DNA of 63,519 bases, filler included, from Octopus bimaculoides (lineage: Eukaryota), in assembly GCF_001194135.2 (NCBI RefSeq). It is 3 parts of 3 records of this genome, joined end to end, with 100 filler letters (N's around TTAATTAATTAA, not from the genome) between each part and the next. Parts side by side here need not be neighbours in the genome. Positions count along the whole stretch, not along the records: positions 17,080 to 44,470 come from NC_068993.1; positions 44,571 to 63,519 come from NC_068987.1; 1 more part is not named here. One strand, given 5' to 3'. Each line of letters starts with the position of its first letter. Positions within the stretch are counted from its first letter, which is position 1. Below, piece by piece: positions 40,680 to 53,700 of the stretch. The notes under the pieces were generated by a model. The model was not told the DNA's origin, searched no databases, and saw only the letters and a program-made list of their open reading frames with translations. A program made the translations under genes and the position numbers.

Positions 40680-40800
40680 TCAAGTCGATTACATCGACCC
40701 CAGTGCGTAACTGGTACTTATTTAATCGAGCCCGAAAGGATGGAAGGCAAAGTCGACCTCGGAGGACTATGAGCTCAGAGGCCAAACGCAGACTTGTGAC
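40680..40800 (-). mobile_element. SINE family B
   Basis: AAGTCGATTACATCGACCCCAGT..CCCGAAAGGATGGAAGGCAAAGTCGACCTCGG. Confidence 0.75.
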
Positions 40801-40944
40801 TAAATTTGGTAGATGGGAACTGCAGCGTTCTTCATCAAAAATTGATAAAAAAAACATGTGTATAAAGAGTCGTTTGCTTCATACTCCTCGTGTGCCGATT
40901 CTACCCGTAAGAAAGGTGCAAATGACATAATGTGGCAGATCATA

Positions 40945-40976
40945 ACACCCGGGCAACGCCGGTGTGCATTGCTTGT
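40945..40976 (+). mobile_element. Putative Helitron 3' terminus
   Basis: Hairpin ACACCCGGGCAACGCCGGTGT followed by GCTTGT, a CTAGT-like end with one change. Confidence 0.5.
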
Positions 40977-43184
40977 ATTATATATATAGTTTCAGTTGTG
41001 TTCAGGCAAGATCAACAAAAAAAAAGTATTCCATCCAGTAAGAGATAAATATCATTGAATGTACGCAGTATAAAGTTACGAGTTCATAATAGTGTCTTAT
41101 ACACATTCACCCCCATATACTAACATACACACACACATATACACAAACACACACGCATATACACAAACACACACATATATTACTCAAGACGTGTGCAGTA
41201 ACATTTATATTTGTTTACATTATATTTACTCGTGAGCTAGTTCTGTTAGTGTAGTAATATGATAATTATGAATTATTTCTAAGATACCAACTTATTTCAT
41301 ATTAAATCTCAGGTAAAATCAGTTGTAATTTTGCCAAAAAATTCTTATAATTATCTATGATTTCCGTCGGGAACTGCATATCCATATTGTACATATTCAT
41401 TGACAGAGGAATTTATTTACAGAGAAACCAGCAGGAATAAAGTGAACTGTTTATCATGAGTCATTATCCATTCCATTCTACACTGACAACCTTTCCGCTC
41501 GATTAACGCACACAGCGATATACCGAAGCGCTATTGTTCGTCCTAAACTGAATTCATTACCAAAAATCGGATAAATTATATAAACTTTAGGAAGTATTTT
41601 GCGTAGAAATATAATCTTAATCTCGTTTAAAATGTGAATATCGATTTCTTTTGACTTTCTAAGAGAAAAACTGAGGTATTTGCATCATTGGATTGTAACA
41701 GAAGGGATTACCATTTTGAAGAATACAGAAATATGTTGTTTTATTTTGTGTGTGCATGTATGTATACCCGCCCCCATNNNNNNNNNNNNNNNNNNNNNNN
41801 NNNNNNNNNNNNNNNNNNNNNNNNNNNNNNNNNNNNNNNNNNNNNNNNNNNNNNNNNNNNNNNNNNNNNNNNNNNNNNNNNNNNNNNNNNNNNNNNNNNN
41901 NNNNNNNNNNNNNNNNNNNNNNNNNNNNNNNNNNNNNNNNNNNNNNNNNNTATATATATATATATATATGTATATATATGTATATATAGATGGATAGATA
42001 GATAGATACATACATACATACATACATACATTTCTAACTTCATTTCTCCATACATAATACATGCGCATTGAAATATACACACTTACACACATTCCTGAAC
42101 GGAAAACGGATCATTTGTAAAAGATTTGATTATAAAAATGCAAACTATTGGTGAAGAGACATGGCTCCTGATAATAAATTAATTTCTATCATTATGTGAT
42201 TATATTAAAAGAAAAAGTGAGCGACTGAAACGATACGGCAAAATCTTGCAGAGTTCTGTTACCTCCGTTCCTGTTTAATTTCGAACAGCACTGAAGCTTC
42301 ATTTTGTTTTGTGTTTCAAGAATCAAAAATATAAATTCCACACATGTACAATGATTGACCTTCACAAAGTGCGTGGCCTTTTGTTCATATCAGAAATGAA
42401 TCATTATTCGTGACATATTAGCACTGTGATTTGTCACAATGATTTGAGAGTGAGATTAAATAATTCACATACACCCAGGGTCCACTTTTCAATTCCACCT
42501 TTCGACATCAATAAAGTACTATTCAATATAATCGACTGTTTTCCTGTGGTGCTCTTCCTATATAAGAAACTATTTGGCAGAATAAAATATTTGACCCTTC
42601 ATTTTTATTCTAAACTTTGTCTCCCACTTTTTTATTTACAAATACTTAAGCGTTAAGCTATATAAAACTGCTTATGCAAATGAGAAAATATTTGTAGAGC
42701 CATAAAATTTTCCAAAGAACGCTATACCTGTTGGTCCCTTTAGTTATGAGTCATCTACAAGAGGAAGTGCAACACCTATGATGTGTGTAAGAATTCCATG
42801 ATAGTTGAGGTAGTAGGCCAAACTCAATTCATTGGTTACTGCAGCAGAAGCAGTTCAAGTTATTTAGATTTATTTCTCCTCAATCTTCTATTTTCTCTTC
42901 TCATTTTTTTGTGCAATAGTCTAATACTAGTTTCCATTCACTCACCACTTCTGCAAGTGGTTGACATGGTTCTGCTGGATGGAGGGAACTCTATATCGAC
43001 TGCTCCTGCAATCAAGTAAAGATGATCTCCTTCACCACTTACGAATTTTCGCAAATGTGTAAAAGCTAATCTTTCTTTTGTGTTTCTGTGATTAAGATAA
43101 AGCATAGACATATCAAAAAGTCCTATGGTCATCAAAGATCTCTGCTTTATCGTGCGCTATAAATCATTCGTCGTTATATTCTAC

Positions 43185-43388
43185 TATCTCTGCTATTGCT
43201 TAACAGTAGTTGAGTTAGTGGAAATAAAATGGCGTGAAAACAAGAGTGTTTATAAACACATCATCTTCTGGCTGATTGTCATGTTTGTACATGACGATCA
43301 GCCAGAATATGATGTGTTTATAAACACTCTTATTTTCACGCCACTTTATTTCCACTAGCTCAACTACTGTTAAGTAATAGCAGAGATA
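43185..43388. repeat. 204-bp near-perfect palindrome (foldback or MITE-like)
   Basis: Two 100-bp arms with 6 mismatches, a 4-nt loop (TTGT, 43285-88) and TA at both ends. Confidence 0.95.
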
Positions 43389-44402
43389 AGTTTTTCGACT
43401 TTCTATAACACTTTTCTGCAGGTCAACATACTTATACATTTTACTAACTGGACTTCATATCTCGAAATTCCTTATGATATCGATGTTGCAGTTGATAACA
43501 ACTCATCCGTATCCAAAAATCATAGGAATGTCGTTTCATTTAATTTCTTCAACATGTAATCATTGAATCTAGTTTTAAAACTGGAAGCGATTAAAGCAGT
43601 GACAACACTGTAACAAGTGGTTTAGTTTTCGAGAGCTAAAGGTTAAATTTAAAACAACAGCAAAAAGTAGACAAAAATGGTAACAACATCCAAGATACGG
43701 AAATTGCCACCGCCAGGTGGTATACCGAAGTCTGTATCCAAGGATACTATAGTGTTCGTGACAATTATTTGTGCTGTAACATTTCTCAAGGAATACAAAA
43801 TATCATTTCAGACTGTCATTGACAGCTTTGAAAATATTTACTTAAAAAATATATTTGACGCATAATTACAAAGCAAACATGCTCAACATATGCCATACTA
43901 CCTAATATTCTTCTCCTCATCCACTATAGATAAAAAATACAAAGTTATATTAAATACCGGCACAGCAATACTGAGGTATAAGACCGACTTAAATGCAGAA
44001 TAAAATATTTATGGCAAGTAAGGAAAGTACTTTACAGCAGATAAAGAACATACGTATACCATTTATAATGTTTATAGCCGTAATGATGTGAAATAAGACA
44101 AGTTCCTGAAATAGTAATACTAGGAGGGGAATACTTTGAAGACATTTTCATAAAGGATTTCTTCATCTAAAACCTTTATTATTGTGAACGCTTTTATGCA
44201 GAAACGCCAACACATTCATCAATTTTGTTTCAATGAAAGAAACTGCTGATGCTTCATTTAAACCGAGAACGTACCAATAGCAATATCAAGTATGAAATTA
44301 CGGATATTTATTTCTAACAATCAATCACATTTTCCTCCGCTCCAAACTTAGTCAAATGAATCAGTGTTTCTAGCGGCCCAAATTTAACGAGAAAGAAATA
44401 GA

Positions 44403-44470
<68 letters not shown>

Positions 44471-45408
44471 NNNNNNNNNNNNNNNNNNNNNNNNNNNNNN
44501 NNNNNNNNNNNNNNTTAATTAATTAANNNNNNNNNNNNNNNNNNNNNNNNNNNNNNNNNNNNNNNNNNNNGGTCTGGCTTCACCTCTGTTTACCTCACCC
44601 CTCTCCACCACAACACATAGTTCATCACAGCCCAAAACACAAGTAGTTAATCAAATAAATTGAGCCCAGTAGTTAATTTTATCTTATATAGCCTGGAGAG
44701 ATGAAACGCTAAGAAGTCTATTGCGGCTGGACCTGAACTCAAAACCTAAAGAAGTATAACTAAACGATTGTAAAATGTATTTTCGACGAGCGAACAATTC
44801 TTCCAATCCAATTCGTTTTAGTTATCGTAGCTAAAGCCATGCTTGAGTACTACATAAAGTACTGACTTTTCTCTGTTTTCTGTGTTGTCTCTGCTGTGTT
44901 TCCTGAGATTCAATACTTTAGCAAGTACAGTACAAGAAATGCTTTGCTGATGGGAGTCATAAGGATACCAAACTATAACCTGGAGTTATCTCCCCTACTT
45001 GCTTTTTTTTTTTTTTTTACTCCTGCATTGTAAAATTATTTCTAGTTAAAAGAAATAAGTTGGGGAAATTAGTAGAGGCCTGCGTCAGCAGAAATTATGT
45101 AAGGAAGTTTGTGAGTATTGGATAGTTTTGTATGCCATAGGGAGAATAGGATACTGCCATTTCAGAGCTGATCTATCGTCTAAGAGGATTTCCCTTCTGT
45201 TTTCTCTGATGTTACAACAGAGGAATTTAAAAGCATACGTTTTTAAAAAGAACTCCGGAGTTTCTTTGAAATAATAAACTTTTGTCGCTTAATTAATATT
45301 ATATTTACTAGGCGAGATGTTTAAAAGTTGCTAACTATCAGCTATCTGTCTAGATAACAATATATCTATCCGTCCGTCCGTTCGTCCATCCATCCATTCA
45401 TCTCTCTT

Positions 45409-45447
<39 letters not shown>

Positions 45448-47780
45448 GTTTAATGTCCGTTTTCCATACTGGCATGGGTTGGACGTTTTGACTGGTGACT
45501 GACAAGTCAGGAGGCCGCACTAGGCTCCAGTCTGATCTGGCAATGTTTCTCCAGCTGAATGCTGTTCCTAATGCCAACCACTCTGAGAGTGTAGTGGATG
45601 CTTTTTACTTGCCACCGGCACGGGAGCCAGTCAGGCGGCACTGGCATCGGTCACGTTCGGATGGTGCTTTTTACATGTCACCGACACGGGGAGCCAGTCA
45701 GGCGACACTGGCAACGACCCACACACAAATGGTGCTTATTGTGCGCCACCAGCACGGGAGCCAGTCAGGTCAAACTGGTATCGGCCATAACTACGATTTC
45801 CATTTGATTTGATTGTGATTTTGATTTTACTTGACTCAAGAGGTCTCCTCAAGCACGGTATGTCACCCGATGATTCAAAGGTACTTTTTAAATGGGCTGG
45901 TTATGTGACACTGGTGTAGGCTACAGCTGTGGTCTCACTTTACTTGCCAAGTCTTCTCAATCACAGCATATATCCAGAGGTCTCGGTCTTTCATCATTAC
46001 CTCTGTGAGGCCCAACGTTCGAAGGTTATGCTTCACCACCTCATCCCATGTCTTTCTAAGTTTCCCTCTTCCACTGTTACGAAGTGACACTTCTTCACAC
46101 AGCCCTCTTCATCCATACGCAGCACATGGCCATACCAGTGCAGTTGTCTCTCTTGCACACCACATCTGATGCTTCTTATGTCCAATATTTCTCTCAGGGT
46201 GCTTACACTCTGTTTGTGTGCACACTGACATTACACATCCAGTAGATCATACTAGCTTCATTTTTTTCAAGCCTATGCATGTCTTCAGCAGTCACGGCCC
46301 ATGTTTCACTGCCGTGTAGCATGGCAGTTCACACACATGCATCATACAATCTGCCTTTCACTCTGAGCAAGAGGCCCTTTGTCACCAGTAGAGTTAGGAG
46401 CTTTCTGAACTTAGCCCAGGCTATTCTTATTCTAGTGGTAACACTCTCTGAGCATCCACCCCCACTACAGACTTGGTCACCTAGGTAGTGGAAGTTATCA
46501 ACTACTTCTAGTTTCTCCTCCTGGCATGTGATGGAATCAATTTTCTGAGCATCTGCGGTATTTATCTGCCACACACAAAAGCTATCTTCTTGGATAACCT
46601 TCCTTTGATGTTGCTGCAACTCTTATGCTTACACTGGGTACATCTTATAGAGTTTCTACCTACACCTTTTCTACAGATCGAGCAGGGCCATCTACCTGAA
46701 AGGGTTTGTGATGTATTTGTCTTACTCACTAGGACTTTGGTTTTTTGCAACATTGACTGTAAAGCCCTTTGATTCTAAACCTTGCTTCCACACCTGAAAT
46801 TTCTTCTCTAGTTCTGGTAGTGATTCCATTATGAGAGCAAGGTCATCAGCATTGAGGAGCTCCCAGGGGCAATGAGTCTTGAATTCCTCTGTTATTGCCT
46901 GGGAGACTATGATGAATAAGAGGGGACTGAGGGCTGATCCTTGGTTAACCATTACTTCTACCCAGAATTCTTCACTGTACTCATTGCCAACCCTTACCCT
47001 ACTAACGGCATCCCTGTACAGGGCCTTACAGCTCTTATTAACCACTCATCAGTCCCCAGTTTCCACATTGCCCACTAGATAAGGGATTAGAGAACACTGT
47101 CAAAGGCTTTCTCCAAGTCAGCAAAAGCCAAGTATAGGAGTTTATCTTTGGCTAGATATTTCTCCTGCAGTTGCCATACTAGGGATATAGCATCAATGGT
47201 ACTTCTACCTACCACAAAACCGAACTGTATCTCATCTCAGCAGACTCTCTCCCTAATTAGTTGGGCTATGACCCTCTCTGTAACCTTCATCACCTGATCC
47301 AGCAGTTTGATACCCCTGTAGTTATTTCTATCTAAGGCATCACTTTTACCTTTGTAGCAGATGACTATGGTACTGCTACGCCAGTCATTGGGTATGACTT
47401 CTTCGTGATCTACCTGGTTTACAATATGAGTGACTAGGCCATAACCCATACCAGATATTTTAAGCATCTCAGCAGTGATTCTTGATGGGCCAGGGGCTTT
47501 CCCTTGACTTCATATCCTTAATTGCTTTGTCTACCATGGTGCTATCTATTTGGGTAGCTGGTCCCTCTACTGGGTCAACATTTGGCAGACTCTCCTCCTT
47601 CCATTCATTCTCCACGTTCAGCAGCCTTTCATAATGGCTTCTCCAAGCCTCTTTCTTTTCAGAATCATTAAAACCAAGTGCACCATCATCTGTGCGGACA
47701 CATTTCTCTCCTGTGACATGACAATTTTCTCTCACACGCTGTCTTGCAATCTGAAATATTTCAGTTCTTTGGTCCTCCTT
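45409..47780 (-). mobile_element. 5'-truncated RTE-clade LINE with 3' UTR and (GAT)n tail
   Basis: NNYRGIKLL, NQGSALSPLLF, ELLNADDL (YADD), FHYLGD and RVKGRLYDACV. The 3' end GGACATTAAAC is followed by (GAT)n. Confidence 0.9.
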
Positions 47781-48065
47781 ATATATATATATATATATCA
47801 TCATCATCATCATCATCATCATCATATATATATATATATATACNNNNNNNNNNNNNNNNNNNNNNNNNNNNNNNNNNNNNNNNNNNNNNNNNNNNNNNNN
47901 NNNNNNNNNNNNNNNNNNNNNNNNNNNNNNNNNNNNNNNNNNNNNNNNNNNNNNNNNNNNNNNNNNNNNNNNNNNNNNNNNNNNNNNNNNNNNNNNNNNN
48001 NNNNNNNNNNNNNNNNNNNNNNNNNNNNNNNNNNNNNNNNNNNNNNNNNNNNNNNNNNNNNNNTG

Positions 48066-48096
<31 letters not shown>

Positions 48097-48235
48097 TCAT
48101 GTGTATTATTTTATTTCATAGAAGTTCAAAAAGCTTCTCAAACTGTTTCTACTTCAATAAAATATTTTACTTTACCTTTGTTATTCTATTACTGTTTACT
48201 CAATCATGTTTTGCACCTATGTGCTCATATACATG

Positions 48236-49690
48236 ATGGCTGTCCACTTGTGACTGAGGAAGACCATTGTGTGCTCTAGGACTAACTTATATTTCGGATT
48301 TGCAGCTCCGTTGGTGGCTAATGAGCCCTGCTTTTGGCAAACATACATGACTGCAAATATTGCAGACCAAGCTTTCCCTATTCACTACACCAGCAGTGCA
48401 CTTTCGAGCAGCACGCTTAAATTCTTCATGCAGAATATGTGCTCTCTCAAAAGTGTTGACCCCCTCCTTAACCTGATTCCTCCATTTGAAGCGATGACAG
48501 GCATTGTTCTCTCAGTCAGTGTCTTGCATATCACAGGCCTTTAATGAGGACTTGACACAGTCCTTAAATCGCAGCTTTAGGGATCCTGCTATCCTTCATT
48601 CTAATAAGGTGTCCAGTCCAACATAACCGGTGCTTGTGCACCATCACCTCAATACTCAAGATATCAGGTGTCCTCAGGACCTGTGTGTCTGGAGTTTTTA
48701 AGGTCCAGCCAACATTCAGAATGTGTATGAGACATCTCTGATGAAAGCATTCAAGGACCCTTACATGACATTTGTACAGAGTCCATGTCTCATATAAGTA
48801 AAGGAGCAATGTCAGTACACATGCATGGTACACAGCAATTTTTGTTTGCTTTGTGATGCCATGCTGGGACCAGACATGAGACTGAAGAGATCAGAAGGAG
48901 TCAGTTGCTCACTGCAGCCTGAAAGATATTTCATCATCCAGGGAGCAAGAACGCCTGAGTGTGCTGCCCAGGTAGAAAAACTTGTCTACCACTTTCAGAA
49001 TTGTTCCCTCAACCAAGATAGATGGTTCCACATATGGGTTTCCTTGTGCAGGCTGGAACATTATAACAGTCTTGTCCGGGCTAATACTGAGTCTAAATGT
49101 CTTGCAAGAAGCAGAAATACAATTCATAAGTATTTGCATGTCATCCACTGTATGAGTGACTAAGTCACAGTCATCTGTATAAAGGAGGTCATGAATAAGA
49201 GACTGGAAAACTTTTGAATTGGCAGCAAATTGGTGCAGATTAAAGAGGTGGCTAGAAGATCGATATCTGACATATATTCTCAGAGAGCTAACTTTAGCAA
49301 AAGCATGAGTAAAAGCAACAGTAAAGTACAAAGAAAAGGGAGTTGGGGCAAGGATGTCACTCTGCTTGACACCATTCTCTACAGGAATGGGTCCTGCCAT
49401 GCCACCACCAACATTGACCCATGCCTCCATCCCATCATGAAATGATTTAATTATAGATACAAAGTGNNNNNNNNNNCTCCATCCCATCATGAAATGATTT
49501 AATTATAGATACAAAGTGATCCAGACATCCAAGTTTGCCAAGTATTTTCCATAGCAAGGCCCTATTCACAGTATCAAAGGCCTTTGTTAAATCAATGAAT
49601 ACCAGTCTTCCAGGAAAAGTGTCTGGGCATGGGGAAATATCGCTTTGGTTGGAAACTAGTAATGATTAGTGACATGAAGGCTGTGAAAAA
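48236..49690 (-). mobile_element. RTE (BovB-like) LINE relic
   Basis: FIDLTKAFDTV, GVKQSDILAP, LLYTDDC, FFYLGS and RLCWTGHLIRM. The 3' end reads GGTCTTCCTC..GGACAGCCAT. Confidence 0.9.
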
Positions 49691-49734
49691 GTGGGAATTA
49701 AGTTGATGATGATTATGGAATTAACTAAGCAAAC

Positions 49735-49956
49735 AATTACGTTTGTGTTGCTGTTTTGCGAGGTTCTTGATGTGAAAACGTCTGTTAAAACAGACACTGT
49801 AATACTTCGGGACGGTCATTTAAATTGTTTTGGACTATTCAAACACATGCAATATATATATTTGATCTTCATTTTAGTTTTTAGTCGTATTATTTTTTAG
49901 TTTATACGTCTATCAAAGTTCTTTCGTCACGAATTCTGTGACCTCATCAGTGATTC
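49735..49956 (-). ncRNA. Family B-HH repeat with a complete minimal hammerhead (49912-49954)
   Basis: ATCA-CTGATGA-G-GTCAC-AGAATTC-GTGAC-GAAA-G-AA-C-T-T-TGAT, followed downstream by the AAATGACCGTCCCG block shared with 33110 and 61910. Confidence 0.7.
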
Positions 49957-50479
49957 TCTGTCCAATGTTTCTCCTCTTGTCCCGCTTATTTCCTTTTTCT
50001 TCTGTTTTTAACAAACAGTATCCCACTTAAAAAACAAAGCTCTCTATATTGTGAATTTTTCTCCTCTATGTTTTGAATTCAAATTTAGTTAATGGACCAA
50101 TGAAATAAATATTCATAATTAGAAATAATTTATCGTCTAAAACTGTGGGGAAAAACTTGCTTCTTGTGCCTAACCAAGGAAATTAAATTACTAAAGATAA
50201 ATTTCGAAATATTTACTCGTAAGCGAATGGGAAATAATTCTTTAGACTTTAAGAGTTATTTCCCTTTAAACGTTTCGCTTTTGTCATAAACTCTTCTGGC
50301 TGAGTAGTACAAGATGCTCAAAAATTGCTTTTACAGTTTGAATAACGCAGAATAACGCAGCAGAGTTTATTGGAAAACATAGATAAACAAATAACATGTA
50401 AAACTAAGTGAATAAAATGATATTGCAAAATACTGGTTTCTTTTGGGTACCTTTTCACACACACACACACACACATACA

Positions 50480-52078
50480 TAACACATCAAAGTATTCTCC
50501 ATTTCTAGTAATGCATTGGTCCAGATACGTTTTCCAATGAAGCAGTCCAGGAACTCTTGCGGAGTGAAGCCTTTTAACGCCTCCATCGTTTTTTTTTTCT
50601 TCACCACTTCCACATCTTCAAAACGTTTTCCTTTAAGGACTTTTTCAAAAAAACAACAAAAAAATAAAAGTCACAAGAAGCAAGATTAGGTGAATAGGGA
50701 GTGTGGGTAAGTTGGGTCATGCCATTTTTGGTCAAAAACTGTCTCACACTCAGGGCAGTGTGTGCAGGTACATTGTCATGATGAAACCACCACTCTCCAC
50801 TTTGCCACAGGTTGGGGTGTTTCCGTCTCACCAGGTCTCGCAAATGCTTCAGAACTGCCAAGTAAAATGTCTGGCGAACAGTGTGACCAGGAGGAACAAA
50901 TTTTGTGTGGACAAAGCATCATGTTGACATTAGACTTCACTTGACATGCTTTTTTGAGGCGTGGTGACATTGAATGCTTCCATTGACTTGATCGCTGCTT
51001 CGTTTCTGGGTTGTACCCGTAGCACCAGCTTTTGTCACCAGTGATGTCCTTCAAAAAAAGGGGCTGGATCAACTTCCAACTGTTCTTTCAGTTCATGACA
51101 CACATTCAGTCGTGACTGCTGTTGAGCTTCCATGAGGTGCAACTCTTTTCATTCGCAACTCCTTGCTCAAAATTCGTTGGCAGGAGCTCCAGGACACACC
51201 AGTCATATCAACAAGTTCATCAAAGGTGCAGGAGTAGTTGTGTGGTAAGTAGCTTGCTTACCAACCACATGGTCTCGGTTTCAGTCCCACTATGTGGCAC
51301 CTTGGGCAAGTGTCTTCTACTATAGCCTCGGGCGGACCAAAGCCTTGTGAGTGGATTTGGCAGACGGAAACTGAAAGGAGCCTGTCGTATATATGTATAT
51401 ATATATATATGTGCGTGTGTGTATATGTTTGTGTGTGTCTGTGTTTGTCCCCCCAACATCGCTTGACAACCGATGCTGGTGTTGTTTTGGTTTCCGTAAC
51501 TTAGCGGTTCGACAAAAGAGACCGATAGAATAAGTACTAGGCTTACAAAGAATAAGTCCTGGGGTCAATTTGATTCGACTAAAGGCAGTGCTCCAGCATG
51601 GCTGCAGTCAAATGACTGAAACAAGTAAAAGAGTAATTGTTTGGTAACGGTCTTCCAAGATCAGTTCATAAATTTTCGCGATGTTTTCATTCATTCAGGA
51701 GGTTGACAGTTGCCCTAAATGAGGTTGGTCGCCAAGTGACAAGTGATCATTCCTAAATTCTGAAAACCACTCATAAACTAGTGTTTCGCTTATGGTAGCA
51801 TTGTTGTAAGCTGTTTGAGGCATGGCAACTGTTTCAGCCACTGTTTTCCCCAGCAAGCATGCTGTTCCTTCATTTCCGCCATCACAAAAATCGCCAAACA
51901 GGGGAGAAGCACTACAAAACAAAGATGCACCACGTGGCAGTATGACATCATTCAATGATGACTGTCAGCAGACTGATGCCTGAAGGTCACATCAAGTGGA
52001 TTCTAGTGGTGGAAACCTGAACTACAACAGGCTTGTCCCACAGCGAATGTTTCCAGTTACTTTTGGTACTTCCTTGTA
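50480..52078 (-). mobile_element. Near-full-length mariner relic interrupted by a SINE
   Basis: LGKTVAETV..YEWFSEF, ITGDKSW, HHDNVPAH and PYSPNLASCDF. A TIR-like TTCCAGTTACTTTTGGTACTTCCTTG|TA ends at 52076. Confidence 0.85.
51225..51634 (+). mobile_element. Full-length SINE family A
   Basis: Head GGTGCAGGAGTAG..GGTTTCAGTCCC..GCACCTTGGGCAAG, central microsatellite, and tail GACTGAAACAAGTAAAAGAGT. Confidence 0.9.
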
Positions 52079-52139
52079 CGTATATATGTAAGTGCAAGTA
52101 TGTGTGTATGTTTGTGTCTTCTTCTCCTTGTTTTGACAT

Positions 52140-52392
52140 TGCATGATGTCAAGACAAGGAAACACTGCATGATGTCAAGACAAGGAGATACCACATGTTG
52201 TAAATAAGTTTCACTGTCATACAAGCAGTGTCATTCATTTCCAGTATTCTGTGGAAGCATGCCTGGTCATGGGGTATATTACCTTGCATGGAAATGGTTG
52301 AAAGCTGATGACAAGAATGGTATCCAACCATAGAAAATCTGACTCACAAAAATCATGGATAAGTGGACATTAAATGATGATGATGGTGATGA
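52140..52392 (+). mobile_element. SINE-like repeat with an RTE-type 3' tail (family D)
   Basis: Ends ATGGATAAGTGGACATTAAATGATGATG, matching the LINE 3' end at 45409-45480. An antisense relative lies at 56975-57190. Confidence 0.65.
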
Positions 52393-53059
52393 TGTAGTGA
52401 GCCTCATTATTCATGGAGATGATTGTGTTGTTAGGACATCACTGAAGATTTGAGCTTTTTGTAGTTTATCTAGAACCTCATCATACCCCAACCTTTAGCA
52501 AAAAGAGGAATTGAATTCAATTCAGAAATCAAAATAAGAAAACCTGTTTAGTTGTTAGTGCTGGTGCTATTTACAGCAATAATTTGTTCTCTGCTTCTAG
52601 CATCTATTTACGGCTGAGTGGATTATGCCATTTGGAAGCTATTGTTGTTGTTTCTACTGTTTTTGTTGTTGTTTTTTTGTTAGTCACAGCTCAGTCATCC
52701 ATCATTGATCTGATCTATGACCAAAAACGTTCCAGCTGTGACCATTGTCTCTTTCTTTCCTTCTCTTTTTATTTTTCTGAAATGATGATTATGATGATGA
52801 CTCTCATATCAGTTTTGTATGAGCATCAAGTTGTTCAATTGACTGAATAACTGACTCATTGTATTAGCATATTAAGTAGCTGAATAGTCCACAGGTACAT
52901 GTATCTTTAATGCAATTCTCAGCTAAATCAACATGACACACAATGTGACTTGGCAAGATTTTTGAATTACAAGTACAGGCCATTCAATGGGTGACCGTAC
53001 TTAAAGGAGGAAACAGGAAAGTACCTCTATGTTCTTCCAGAAAATGCCATAACAAAAAC

Positions 53060-53394
53060 GTAACAATAACATTGACTTGATAAAGATATGAAAAAAATGG
53101 GAGTTCAGTTGAGAAACAATGGTTGTAATTGCGACCAATGGAAGAAAGAAATGAAGAAAGGAGTGGTTATTTTCGAAAAACATGCATGTTTCATGCAGAA
53201 TTTATTGAGTTGCTTGAAAACCACTGCCAGTATAGTGAATGGGGGAAGCTTGGTCTACAATGTCTGCAGATGTGGGCATGTATCAAGAACTGGGTTCATT
53301 AGTCATCAGACAAGTGTAAAATATAATTTTGTCTGGGTGCACAATGTTCTTGATGGTTGGTGATGGTCTTCCTTGATCATGAGTGGACAGCCAT
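53060..53394 (+). mobile_element. 3' fragment of the BovB-like RTE
   Basis: A C-terminal Zn-finger remnant (VCRCGHVSRTGFISHQ), and the 3' end GGTCTTCCTT..GGACAGCCAT matches 48236. Followed by (ATGT)n. Confidence 0.7.
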
Positions 53395-53700
53395 TATGTA
53401 TGTATGTTTGTATGTATGTATGTATGTATGTGTGTGTGTATGTATGTATGTATGTATGTGTGTGTGTGTATACCTTCATGTATATATGTATGTATGTGTA
53501 TATGTACATGTATGTATGTGCGTATGTATATATGTGGGTGGGTGCATGTACATGTATGTATGTATACATACATGTATGTATGTATACATACATGTATGTA
53601 TGTATGTATATATGTATGTATGCATGTATGTATATATGTATGTATGTATGTATGCATGTATGTATGTATGTATGTATGTATGCATGCATGTATGTACATG
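53395..53700. repeat. (ATGT)n degenerate microsatellite
   Basis: Direct reading of the sequence. Confidence 0.95.

Noticed and set aside
43677-43865. 62-aa ORF and hydrophobic antisense frames
   Set aside because: All frames are short with stops and show no family motif.
51225-51300. tRNA-like heads as tRNA genes
   Set aside because: A and B boxes are present, but there is no cloverleaf and the heads run into SINE bodies.
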